Shown in pieces: positions 1 to 9,006 of a DNA stretch of 64,000 nucleotides. The position numbers and the translations under genes were made by a program. How positions within the stretch are numbered: the stretch's first letter is position 1; each line of letters starts with the position of its first letter. The DNA comes from Candidatus Bathyarchaeota archaeon. Its GTDB lineage: Archaea > Thermoproteota > Bathyarchaeia > Bathyarchaeales > DTEX01. A model generated the notes under the pieces. It did not search any database. It was not told the origin of the DNA and saw only the letters and a program-made list of their open reading frames with translations. The stretch is taken from assembly GCA_018396995.1 (NCBI GenBank), contig JAGTQB010000008.1, positions 132 to 64,131 on the forward strand, in the 5' to 3' direction.

Positions 1-4
1 ATTT

Positions 5-82
5 TGGTGCGGCCGCCGGGATTTGAACCCGGGTTGTCGGCGCGGGGGGCCGATGTCCTAGACCAGGCTAGACGACGGCCGC
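5..82 (-). tRNA. tRNA-Gly (anticodon CCC), CCA encoded
   Basis: The reverse complement folds as a cloverleaf. Acceptor GCGGCCG/CGGCCGC; D arm GTCT..GGAC; anticodon stem TCGGC/GCCGA with loop CCCCCGC (anticodon CCC); T arm CCGGG-TTCAAAT-CCCGG; ACCA tail. Loop position 33 is C instead of the near-universal U. Confidence 0.8.
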
Positions 83-188
83 ATGGCTAGTTAATAGAGT
101 AGACTATGATGGATTATATTTTTGGCCCCTATTTAGGTTTTCTCAAGTATTTGGCGTTAATGTTTAAGTCTATGTATTTACTTGTTGT

Positions 189-937
189 ATGTTTTGGGTG
201 TCATGTTTGTCTGGGGGTGAGTGGGAGAGGCTTATTGAGAGGTTGATTGCATCCGGGATACTTAAGTCTCCTAGGGTTATTAGGGCTATGAGACTAGTCC
301 CCAGAATTATGTTTCTTCCAGATGATCAGAAACCATACGCCGCGGTTGATACCCCGCTCCCAATAGGTCATGGGCAGACGGTTTCCGCGCCACGGGGCTA
401 ATCGCCCCCCGATTAGCCCGGCGAGACATGGTAGCTATAATGAATGAAGCCCTTGAGCTTAACGTGGGGCATAGGGTTCTTGAAGTCGGCTCAGGATCCG
501 GCTGGCACGCATCAACGATAGCTGAAATAGTTGCGCCCAGCGATGCTCCAAAGGAGAAATGGGGCCACGTGTATACTGTAGAGATCATACCGGATTTAGC
601 GGAATTCGCTAAGAGGAATATTGAAGCGGCTGGTTATGGCGATAGGATCACGGTTATATGTGGTGACGGCTCCATGGGTTATCAGGAGGGAGCCCCATAT
701 GACAGGATACTAGTAACAGCCGCAGCACCATCCATACCAGCCCCACTAAAAGAGCAGCTCAAGCCCGGAGGAATAATGGTTATACCAGTTGGGGAGGTCG
801 GCTTCTACCAGACGCTGATACGCGTCAGAAAACTGGAGGACGGCAAAATAATTGAGGAGGATCTTGGTGGAGTAGCATTCGTGCCACTCACTGGTAAGTA
901 TGGGCATAGAATTAGGCGTGGATGGCTCTCCTATTAA
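189..937 (+). CDS. pcm: protein-L-isoaspartate O-methyltransferase, interrupted by a 32-nt BHB-type insert (394..425). Predicted spliced product is 238 aa.
   Basis: ORF 189-401 ends ...[15 protein letters not shown] followed by RG-stop. ORF 428-937 starts [26 protein letters not shown] (SAM motif I) in another frame. Joining 393 to 426 gives the conserved GQTVSAPHMVAIM motif. The exact start is uncertain (ATG 189, GTG 198 or TTG 207, all in frame). Confidence 0.85.
394..425 (+). other. putative bulge-helix-bulge (BHB) intron inside the pcm coding sequence
   Basis: Central 4-bp helix 388-391 CGCC / 420-423 GGCG. 3-nt bulges 392-394 (ACG) and 424-426 (AGA) lie on opposite strands. Inner 10-bp helix 395-404 GGGCTAATCG / 410-419 CGATTAGCCC with a CCCCC loop. 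Cleavage after the second bulge nucleotide on each side removes 32 nt and restores the frame (CCA C|AC ATG = Pro-His-Met). Confidence 0.6.
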
Positions 938-1086
938 ATTAAGGGTCTAAACGCCAAATAACCTTCCAACTGGCATATATTCATTGGAGAGTTGAATAAG
1001 CAGCGATATATGAGGGTCATAGGCTATGGAAAGGCATATTTTCCTATTTTTGATGAAACTATAATTTGGGGTAAGGGGCTGGAGAT

Positions 1087-1836
1087 TTGCCTGAGGAAAT
1101 ATGGTTTTACCTGGCTATTATATTTGGGATCACAACAATCGCATCAATCGTGCTCTTCTTAATTGAGCGGGAGAAGAAAAGATACCCTGAAGGAGAGACT
1201 AAGCGAGGGGAGGGGGCTACAGCAGAGAAATTTTTACCCGTTGAGAGATCCGTCCCTGAAGAGGTTGTTAAGGGAATAAGAAATAAGTTAAGGGTTCTCG
1301 ATGTGGAGAGGGAGATTCTAAGCTACGCTATAAGAAAACTTTATGAAGCACAAGCAGAGGGTAAGATAACCCCTGAAGAGAGAGATTCATTAGCTAAGAA
1401 ATATAGTGAGGAACTGGAGAGGGTTAAGGAGGAAATAGCCCGCGGCGAGACAATAATAGCCCTCAATGAACTGGAGAGGATGCGGGAGGAGTTTATTAAA
1501 ATGTTTTCTGAAAGGCTCGAGATAATTGATAAGAGGATTGAGGAGCTTAAGGCAATAGCTGGCATAAAACCAATTGAGCAGGCAGCTAAGCCGGTTGAGG
1601 AGACTAAGGAGCAGGTGCCCACGCAGAAAGAGCAGGTTGAGAGACAACCCATACAAGCTGTACAAAGGAGACGAAAGGAGACCGTTAAGCCGAGAGCATC
1701 GGAGGAAGCCGAAGAAAGAGTTGAGGAGAAAAAAGAAGAAACAGTTAGGGGAGAAGCTGATAAAAGTATCGAGAAGATAGTTACTGAGATAGAGAGGGTC
1801 CTTAGTAGGCTAAGTCAAATAGAGGCTGAGGAGTAA
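1087..1836 (+). CDS. hypothetical membrane-anchored coiled-coil protein (N-terminal TM helix, Glu/Lys/Arg-rich helical body)
   Basis: The 249-aa ORF starts at TTG. It has a hydrophobic N-terminus (IWFYLAIIFGITTIASIVLFLI) followed by a long charged heptad-like sequence. I recognise no family. Confidence 0.55.
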   Translation: MPEEIWFYLAIIFGITTIASIVLFLIEREKKRYPEGETKRGEGATAEKFLPVERSVPEEVVKGIRNKLRVLDVEREILSYAIRKLYEAQAEGKITPEERDSLAKKYSEELERVKEEIARGETIIALNELERMREEFIKMFSERLEIIDKRIEELKAIAGIKPIEQAAKPVEETKEQVPTQKEQVERQPIQAVQRRRKETVKPRASEEAEERVEEKKEETVRGEADKSIEKIVTEIERVLSRLSQIEAEE

Positions 1837-1837
1837 T

Positions 1838-2539
1838 ATGGGCTTAGATTGGGTTGAGGATGCCAAGAAGAGGGCTGCTATAGAAGCTGCTAAATGCGTT
1901 AAAGATGGTTCCGTTATCGGCCTCGGCTCAGGCTCAACCGTAGCCTACGCCATAGAGGAGATTGGACGCAGGATTATGGAGGAGGACCTACACATCCTAG
2001 GGATACCAACATCATACCAATCGTTTCTACTGGCGGTTAAGTCCGGCATACCAGTAACTACCCTACATGAGCACCCAGTAATAGACTTAACTATTGATGG
2101 AGCTGATCAAGTGGACTCGAAACTGAACATGATAAAGGGTATGGGCGGAGCTCTAACAAGGGAGAAGATAGTTGCGGCAGCATCCAAAAGACTAATAATA
2201 GTTGTTGACGAAAGGAAGCTAACCGATAAGCTTGGTTGGGGTCAACCCATTCCCATCGAAGTCCTGCCATTTGCAGAGCCCCTCGTATCTAAGAAGATAA
2301 GGGAAATTGGTGGGAAAACATCCCTACGGGAGACTAGGAAGGGTACACCATACATAACAGATAATGGAAACTTCATACTGGATGTAGATTTTGGAATAAT
2401 TGAGAATCCATATGAATTGAATGAGAAGCTGAAGATGATCCCAGGAGTTATCGAGACGGGCTTATTCTTAGACATGGCGCACATAGTATATGTTGGCACG
2501 AGGACATCTGTGAAGAAAATAGATAGGTTGCGAAGCTGA
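1838..2539 (+). CDS. rpiA: ribose-5-phosphate isomerase A
   Basis: GLGSGSTV phosphate-binding motif, DGADQVD, and KGMGGALTREK motifs typical of RpiA. 233 aa. Confidence 0.9.
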   Translation: MGLDWVEDAKKRAAIEAAKCVKDGSVIGLGSGSTVAYAIEEIGRRIMEEDLHILGIPTSYQSFLLAVKSGIPVTTLHEHPVIDLTIDGADQVDSKLNMIKGMGGALTREKIVAAASKRLIIVVDERKLTDKLGWGQPIPIEVLPFAEPLVSKKIREIGGKTSLRETRKGTPYITDNGNFILDVDFGIIENPYELNEKLKMIPGVIETGLFLDMAHIVYVGTRTSVKKIDRLRS

Positions 2540-2619
2540 GACCGCAGCGGCCCAAAGTTTTCCTAAAAGCCGTTTCGCTTAAGTATGAGAAGAGAATTAT
2601 TTTTGCTGGTAGGGGGTGC

Positions 2620-4617
2620 ATTAAGCTCGGTAGGGTTTTAGTTACCGCTGCCTGGCCATACATAAACCACATACCACATTTAGGGAATTTATTGCCTATT
2701 CTATCAGCGGATGTCATTGCCCGCTATTATAGGCTTAAGGGTGAAGAGGTTCTTTTTGTAAGCGGCTCCGACGAACATGGAACACCAATAGAGGTTGAGG
2801 CAATAAGGCAAAACACATCGCCTAAAGAGTTAACCGACAGAAACCATGAAATTGTCTCACACCTCTTTGAGAGATGGGCGATATCCTTCGACAATTACAG
2901 TAGGACGGAAAGTGAGGTTCATAAGGAGTTTGTTAGAAGTATAATGCTCAAAATAGAGGAGAATGGCTATATATTCACAAGAGAAGATGAGCTGCCCTAC
3001 TGTGAGAGGTGCCAACGCTTCCTACCAGACAGGTTCGTTGAGGGCACCTGCCCATATTGCAGTTATGAGCGGGCGCGTGGGGATCAATGCGAACAGTGCG
3101 GGCGCCTTCTAGAGCCAACAAAGCTAATTGAGCCGAGGTGCGCAGTATGTGGGAGAAAACCGACGATAAAAACCGCTAAGCACTGGTACTTTAATATGCC
3201 CAAGTTCACAGACAAGCTAATGGCGTATATAGAGGGAAATGAGAGGCTCCCGGAGAATGCAAGAAACTTTAGCCTAAACCTACTTAAGGAGGGCTTGAAG
3301 CCTAGGCCGATAACCAGGGATAATAAGTGGGGTATACCGGCACCATTCAAGGGGGCGGAGGATAAGACAATATATGTCTGGTTTGAGGCGGTATTGGGCT
3401 ATATCTCAGCGACAATAGAATACTTTAAGAGACATGGTGACGGAGATAGATGGCGAGACTACTGGTTCGACAAGAATACAAAGACGCTTTACTTCATAGG
3501 AAAGGATAATATACCATTCCATACACTGATCCTGCCAGCCCTCCTAATGGCCACCCATGAAGACTATAATCTGCCATGGAATGTCTGCACCAATGAGTGG
3601 CTTATCTTCGCTGGACAAAAGTCCTCGAAGAGTAGGAAGATAGGTATATGGATAGATGAAGCTTTAGATATGTTTCCAGCAGACTACTGGAGGTACACGC
3701 TGATAGCAATAAGACCCGAGACAAAGGACTCGGACTTTACATGGAAAATATTTATCGAGAAGGTTAATGCAGACCTAAACGATACGCTTGGAAACTTCAT
3801 ACACAGAACCCTAAAATTCATAAACACTTACTTTAACGGCGAAGTTCCAGCCCCAATGAACCTCGATAGCACCGATGAGGCGACTCTAAGAATAATTTAT
3901 GAGAAGGTTAAAGTCGTCAGCGAATTACTTGAGAACTGCCAGCTCCAAGCCGCCCTCAAGGAGGCTATTGATCTAAGCCGCATTGGGAACAGGTATTTAA
4001 ATGAGAAGAGACCGTGGGAGACTATAAAATCGAGCCCACAGACAGCTGCAAATACGCTTTATGTCTCAGTTCAAGTGGTTAAGGCTTTATCAATAATATT
4101 AGAGCCCTTCATACCGATAACTATGCGTAAGCTCCGTGAGATGCTAAACGTCCCCGAGAGAATTTCTTGGGACGACGCATATAAGCCGCTTCCCCAAGGA
4201 CACAGAATTGGTAAGGCTGAGCCACTCTTCACAAAAATAAATGTCTCAGAGGAGGATTTACAGAGGATGCTTGAAGAAAAGAGGGAAGAGCATGAGAAGA
4301 TATCTTATGAAGAGTTTTCAAAGGTGGATATTCGCGTGGGGAAGGTGGTTGAGGCTGAGAGAGTAGCTGGCTCCCAAAACCTATTGAAACTGGTAATTGA
4401 CGTCGGCGACTCCCTTAAAACCTGCATATCCGGAATAGCAAAACATTATAAGCCAGAGGACCTAAAAGGGAAATATATTGCAGTTGTAGTAAACCTGAAG
4501 CCCAGACGGGTCTTCGGAATAGACTCTGAGGTAATGATACTAGCTGCTGAGGATGGGGATAACTTGACATTAATAGTTCCGGAATCACCAATAAGGCCTG
4601 GAAGTAAAGTAAGATAG
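2620..4617 (+). CDS. metG: methionyl-tRNA synthetase with C-terminal EMAP/Trbp111-like tRNA-binding domain. The 5' end is unresolved (no canonical start upstream of the HIGH motif).
   Basis: The track ORF starts at TTG 2692, but the same frame continues upstream as ...VLVTAAWPYINHIPHLGNLL (class I HIGH region). Zn knuckles CPYC/CEQC and CAVC are present. KSSKSRK is KMSKS-like. The C-terminus VDIRVGKVVEAERV.. is a tRNA-binding OB fold. Frame is open from 2527. Only ATT codons (2596, 2599, 2620) and CTG 2536 are available as starts. Confidence 0.85.
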   Translation: MKLGRVLVTAAWPYINHIPHLGNLLPILSADVIARYYRLKGEEVLFVSGSDEHGTPIEVEAIRQNTSPKELTDRNHEIVSHLFERWAISFDNYSRTESEVHKEFVRSIMLKIEENGYIFTREDELPYCERCQRFLPDRFVEGTCPYCSYERARGDQCEQCGRLLEPTKLIEPRCAVCGRKPTIKTAKHWYFNMPKFTDKLMAYIEGNERLPENARNFSLNLLKEGLKPRPITRDNKWGIPAPFKGAEDKTIYVWFEAVLGYISATIEYFKRHGDGDRWRDYWFDKNTKTLYFIGKDNIPFHTLILPALLMATHEDYNLPWNVCTNEWLIFAGQKSSKSRKIGIWIDEALDMFPADYWRYTLIAIRPETKDSDFTWKIFIEKVNADLNDTLGNFIHRTLKFINTYFNGEVPAPMNLDSTDEATLRIIYEKVKVVSELLENCQLQAALKEAIDLSRIGNRYLNEKRPWETIKSSPQTAANTLYVSVQVVKALSIILEPFIPITMRKLREMLNVPERISWDDAYKPLPQGHRIGKAEPLFTKINVSEEDLQRMLEEKREEHEKISYEEFSKVDIRVGKVVEAERVAGSQNLLKLVIDVGDSLKTCISGIAKHYKPEDLKGKYIAVVVNLKPRRVFGIDSEVMILAAEDGDNLTLIVPESPIRPGSKVR

Positions 4618-4627
4618 AGGAGTTGAA

Positions 4628-5302
4628 TTGTTACTTAAGATTGACCTACATGTCCATACATGCTACTCATATGACAGCAATATTTCCCTGAAGAGTCTCC
4701 TAATGGAAGCTAGAAGAAAAGGTTTAGATGGAGTTGCCGTAACAGACCACGATACAGTTGACGGAGCCTTGAAGGCATGCAAAATTGCTTCAGAGATGGG
4801 GATGAAACACCAGCTAATAGTGATACCTGGCATAGAGGTCTCCACGAAGAGGGGTCATATACTAGGCTTAAACGTTACTGAACCAATTCCAATGGGGCTC
4901 GGTGTGGAGGAGACTATTAATAGAATTCATGAGGCCGGTGGGATAGCTATAGCGGCCCACCCTCAATCCTACTTCTTCAAGGATGGAATAGGCTTAAGCC
5001 CAAAAATCTTATCCTTCGGCCTTGATGGAGTAGAAGTTATGAATTCAGCTCTCTTCCCCTTTAAACCACTAGTTCAAGCATGCAAGAACTTCGCTGAGAA
5101 ACATAATCTACCGCAGACCGCTGGAAGCGACTCGCATGTTGTAGAGGCCATTGGCCTAGCATATACGCTCATAGATGCTGAAGAGAAAAGCGTGGACTCA
5201 ATTATTAGGTCAATAAAGAAGGGGTTAACCACGCCGCTTGGTACTGGTATGCCCCTTACGCTTAGGATAAAGAAACTTTTTAGGTCGAGAAACACTGTAT
5301 AG
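4628..5302 (+). CDS. PHP-domain metal-dependent phosphoesterase
   Basis: N-terminal DLHVHTCYSYDS, VTDHDT, AAHP and GSDSH motifs of the PHP (polymerase/histidinol phosphatase) superfamily. Confidence 0.8.
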   Translation: MLLKIDLHVHTCYSYDSNISLKSLLMEARRKGLDGVAVTDHDTVDGALKACKIASEMGMKHQLIVIPGIEVSTKRGHILGLNVTEPIPMGLGVEETINRIHEAGGIAIAAHPQSYFFKDGIGLSPKILSFGLDGVEVMNSALFPFKPLVQACKNFAEKHNLPQTAGSDSHVVEAIGLAYTLIDAEEKSVDSIIRSIKKGLTTPLGTGMPLTLRIKKLFRSRNTV

Positions 5303-6424
5303 CTATCTCTCAATTACGGGAATCTTCTGTAGTACAAGTTCGCTTGCACTAACCTTTTCAGTCTTCTTTGCCGCATCTGCATCTAGATTATAGAGCTCAG
5401 GAGATTTTGAACAATATCCACTGAGAAGATAGGGCGACTTGACTCCAGTCATGACCAATGTTACTCTAAGGGTGTTCTTAAGGTTTGGGTCGATTCTTGC
5501 GCCCCATATCACGAGGGCATCATCACTCATCATCTGGGTTACTATCTCGCCTACCATATTTGCCTCTTCAATCGTTAGGCTCTCGTCCCCAGTTACATGA
5601 ATCAATGCCCCATTAGCTCCACTGTAATCCACGTCCAAGAGCGGCATCCTAAGAGCCTTCTGGACAGCATCCTCAGCCCTGTTAGGAGCGCTCGACTCCC
5701 CTATGCCAGCTATAGCAACTCCACCACGCTTCATAATGGTTCTGAAGTCGGCAAAATCCAAGTTTATTAGGCTTGGCATGGACACGATCTCAGTTATACC
5801 TTTAATCATATTGGCTAGAACTTGATCACCAACCCTAAATGCCTCATTTATCGGCAGGTGGGGAACAAGCCACATTAACTTATTATTGTCAATAACTATA
5901 ACGGTATCGCATTCTCTACGCATCTCATTCAATCCATTCATAGCGATGTTAATTCTACCTTTCTCTATCTTGAATGGCATCGTAACCACACCTATAACTA
6001 TAGCCCCCTTCTCACGGGCGAGCTTAGCGACGATTGGTGCAGCCCCCGTGCCAGTGCCGCCACCCATCCCAGCAGTCACGAAAACAATGTCGACATCATT
6101 TATGACCTTATCAACATGCTCAATAGACTCCTCAATAGCCGCCCTGCCAATATTTGGATCCCCGCCTGAGCCTAAACCGCGCGTGGTCTTCTCTCCAATG
6201 AGGATTTTTTGGTGGGCGCGTGTGGCGTTCAGGTGCTGTAGGTCAGTGTTTATTGCTATACACTCAGCCCCAACTATGCCCATCTCCATAAGCCTGTTCA
6301 CAGTGTTATTTCCCGCTCCGCCCACCCCAATGACCAATATTCTACAGTAGCCCGGTTCCCTTAAATCTCCCGGCAAACTCTCACTCCACACATACTGGAG
6401 TGCTTTATCTGCCAGTTTTGCCAT
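5303..6424 (-). CDS. ftsZ: cell division GTPase FtsZ
   Basis: [13 protein letters not shown] and the tubulin signature [12 protein letters not shown]. The likely start is the [10 protein letters not shown] at 6424; the track ORF extends to 6454. Confidence 0.9.
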   Translation of the reverse strand: MAKLADKALQYVWSESLPGDLREPGYCRILVIGVGGAGNNTVNRLMEMGIVGAECIAINTDLQHLNATRAHQKILIGEKTTRGLGSGGDPNIGRAAIEESIEHVDKVINDVDIVFVTAGMGGGTGTGAAPIVAKLAREKGAIVIGVVTMPFKIEKGRINIAMNGLNEMRRECDTVIVIDNNKLMWLVPHLPINEAFRVGDQVLANMIKGITEIVSMPSLINLDFADFRTIMKRGGVAIAGIGESSAPNRAEDAVQKALRMPLLDVDYSGANGALIHVTGDESLTIEEANMVGEIVTQMMSDDALVIWGARIDPNLKNTLRVTLVMTGVKSPYLLSGYCSKSPELYNLDADAAKKTEKVSASELVLQKIPVIER

Positions 6425-6572
6425 GGCTCTTCCTACCCCACAGCTCAACCTCAATTAAGTCGCGTATGGCAGCTCTAATAGCCTCAGCCCTGTGAGGATA
6501 AAGTTTCCTGTTAACTAGTTCATCTAAGGCTTCTAAGTATGGTTCAGGAAGATAGATTGTTATTAACTTCAT
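6405..6572 (-). CDS. small ribbon-helix-helix (CopG-family) protein, cdrS-like, overlapping the ftsZ start
   Basis: Hand-translated 55-aa ORF (below the track cut-off): [55 protein letters not shown]. It shows a beta-strand/helix/helix pattern. GGTGATC Shine-Dalgarno lies 4 nt upstream of the ATG. The stop lies 20 nt inside ftsZ. A paralog is at 38359-38502. Confidence 0.7.
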   Translation of the reverse strand: MKLITIYLPEPYLEALDELVNRKLYPHRAEAIRAAIRDLIEVELWGRKSHGKTGR

Positions 6573-6814
6573 ATTTGATCACCACTGAGAATCTCACATA
6601 TAGGGAACATAAAATCTGCATACTAATATCAAAATATGACTTAAACATCTCCGCGTCTTCACCTTATAAAATTTTCCATCCATGTCTTCTGCTCGTTACC
6701 AAAAAGAGGTCACTTTAATATCTCCCGCTCTCCATGAATTAAGACAATTTCTTGTAAAAACTGAGAGGCAAGCTTATATCAGCGGTCTCCCCCTTTTGTT
6801 TTAGAGCTTAAATT

Positions 6815-8152
6815 ATGGAGGAAATATCTTCCATAACGTTGAATATTGGTGGGAAAGCCGAGACTGCTGCGAAGGCTATTTATATTGAGAGCTATGGCTG
6901 CGCTGCGAATAAAGCTGATCTAGAAATAATGCTCGCTCATATAGTTAATGCAGGCTATAAGATTATTAATAGGATTGAAGACGCCGACATAATCATGATT
7001 AACACTTGTGGTGTAAAGAAGCCAACTGAGGACCGCATGCTTGGAAGAATACGCTTTTTCAATGGGCTTAATAAGCCGCTTATTATTGCTGGCTGTCTTC
7101 CCAAGATAAATTTTGAGGCGATAACCAAAGCCGCACCGAATTTCTCAGCAATGTTAGACCCATATAGCATTGATAAAATTCTTCTAGCCTTAAAGGCTGC
7201 GGAGAGTGGCGAAAGGAATAAAATATTTTTCTCAGAGAAGCCAATAGTGAAGCCAGCCCAGCCGAAGATTAGACTCAACAGGGTAATCGAAATCATACCG
7301 ATTTCAGAGGGATGTTTAGGCGTATGCACTTATTGTTGTGTAAGATTTGCTAGGGGGAGATTATTCTCCTATCCTAAGGAACTCATAGTCGATAGGATTA
7401 AGTCAGCCATTATAGATGGAGCTAAGGAGATATGGTTGACATCACAAGATAATGGAGCGTATGGAGCGGATATTGGAACGAACTTCGTTGAACTACTTAA
7501 AGAGTGCAGTAGCCTTGAGGGAAAATTCCTTATCAGGGTTGGAATGATGAACCCGAACCACGTCATAAAGATGCTCCCGGAGCTGATAGAGACCTATAAG
7601 AATGAGCGCATATTCAAGTTTCTCCACATCCCAGTTCAAAGTGGGGATAATGATGTTCTAAAGATGATGAACAGAAAATATACCGTTGAAGAATTTAAGA
7701 GCATAGTTGAGTCCTTTAGGAGAGAAATCCCGGAAATAACTATTGCAACGGATATCATATGCGGTTTCCCAGGCGAAAGCAGAGAAAGCTTTGAGAGGAC
7801 GCTACAACTAATAGAGGATGTTAAGCCAGATATCATCAATATATCAAAGTTCTTCCCAAGACCAAATACCCCAGCGGCTAGAATGAAGCAGCTTGATAGC
7901 AGGGAAGTTGCCGTAAGAAGCCGCGTGGCTACGGATCTAGTAAGCAGGATCTCCCTTAAGATGAATATGCGGTGGATTGGGTGGGAAGGGGAAATATTGG
8001 TTGATGAGAAGGGGCCTGGAGACTCGTGGATCGGCAGGAACTATGCTTATAAGCCAATAGTCGTGAGGAGTCAAAAAAACTTGCTTGGGGAGTTTATTAA
8101 TGTTAAGGTTACTGAAGCACATGTAAATTACCTTGAAGCGGAAATTATTTAG
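6815..8152 (+). CDS. radical SAM methylthiotransferase, MiaB/MtaB (CDKAL1-like) family with C-terminal TRAM domain
   Basis: N-terminal UPF0004 domain (ESYGCAANKADLE). Radical SAM cluster motif CLGVCTYCCV. C-terminal TRAM-like segment (GEILVDEKG...NVKVTEA). Confidence 0.85.
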   Translation: MEEISSITLNIGGKAETAAKAIYIESYGCAANKADLEIMLAHIVNAGYKIINRIEDADIIMINTCGVKKPTEDRMLGRIRFFNGLNKPLIIAGCLPKINFEAITKAAPNFSAMLDPYSIDKILLALKAAESGERNKIFFSEKPIVKPAQPKIRLNRVIEIIPISEGCLGVCTYCCVRFARGRLFSYPKELIVDRIKSAIIDGAKEIWLTSQDNGAYGADIGTNFVELLKECSSLEGKFLIRVGMMNPNHVIKMLPELIETYKNERIFKFLHIPVQSGDNDVLKMMNRKYTVEEFKSIVESFRREIPEITIATDIICGFPGESRESFERTLQLIEDVKPDIINISKFFPRPNTPAARMKQLDSREVAVRSRVATDLVSRISLKMNMRWIGWEGEILVDEKGPGDSWIGRNYAYKPIVVRSQKNLLGEFINVKVTEAHVNYLEAEII

Positions 8153-8873
8153 TGGGCAGTTCTGCCCTAAAGAGGGATAGCATTCGCTGGGCGTTCTCAA
8201 GCATATTTGTATTATTATTAAAGAATATGTAGACTTTATTTGGCTTCGCTCCCAAGATCCTATCTTTAACCTCTATGAGCTCATCGTCTGTATAGTAGTG
8301 AGAGTACCAGGCTACCCTACCATGCATCCTAACGTAGACTATTCCATTTGTGTTAAAGATCTCTAACGGGAAGTCTGGTGAATCAACGCTCACTAGGGTT
8401 ATGCCAATATTGGACGCCCAGTTGACAACCTCCACATTGCTGAACCAGCTCACGTGTCTCGGCTCTAGTGCGAAACGCTTCCCTAAACCAGAAGCCTTAA
8501 TGAAACGCTCTATCCTCGGGATTGAGGAAGACTTTATTGATGGGGGTAGCTGGAAGAGGTAGAAGTCTATTAAATGATCCATAGATTCAAAAAGAGCCCT
8601 AAATCTCCTCCAGCTCTCTAGCGCCCTCTCATTAAACTTAAATTGATGGGTTACAAGCCTATTCACCTTAATCGCCCACCTAAGAACTGAGCCCTTAGCC
8701 CGCCAGGATTTAATAGCGCCTGAGGGAGGAAACCTGTAAAAACTCATGTTTAATTCAACGGCATTCAGGCCGGAGTTAGTGACATACCAGTCGAGACTCC
8801 CACCCTCATTCCACATGTAGAGCCAGCCTGATGTACCTATATAGACATTCAAGACCAAGCACCAATAATACAA
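8145..8873 (-). CDS. DUF72 (UPF0759) family protein
   Basis: N-terminal YIGTSGWLYMWNEG matches the IGTSGWxYxxW hallmark of DUF72. 242 aa. Confidence 0.7.
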   Translation of the reverse strand: MYYWCLVLNVYIGTSGWLYMWNEGGSLDWYVTNSGLNAVELNMSFYRFPPSGAIKSWRAKGSVLRWAIKVNRLVTHQFKFNERALESWRRFRALFESMDHLIDFYLFQLPPSIKSSSIPRIERFIKASGLGKRFALEPRHVSWFSNVEVVNWASNIGITLVSVDSPDFPLEIFNTNGIVYVRMHGRVAWYSHYYTDDELIEVKDRILGAKPNKVYIFFNNNTNMLENAQRMLSLFRAELPTK

Positions 8874-9006
8874 CTATACATCAGCAGGGTATAAATGGCT
8901 CCCTAAAACCCATAAACTTGAATGCGGATGTTCCAGCCGCTTAACTTTAATAGAGCTAATAAATCTTAGACTAACAAGGGAATAAAGAAGATCTGTGAGG
9001 GAATAT

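Noticed and set aside
393-421. Alternative explanations for the pcm interruption: translational bypass (T4 gene-60-like hop from CGG 393-395 to CGG 419-421 over a stop-containing hairpin), or a plain frameshift pseudogene.
   Set aside because: The hop would yield ..[11 protein letters not shown].., which disrupts the conserved SAPHM motif. BHB excision restores that motif exactly and uses symmetric cut sites. A pseudogene cannot be excluded without reads or RNA data, but both halves are otherwise intact.
938-1086. A TTGATGA ... CTGA pair upstream of the coiled-coil gene, considered as a C/D sRNA.
   Set aside because: The C box is non-consensus and lies 34 nt from the only CTGA. There are no internal boxes, and the D box would lie inside the downstream ORF start.
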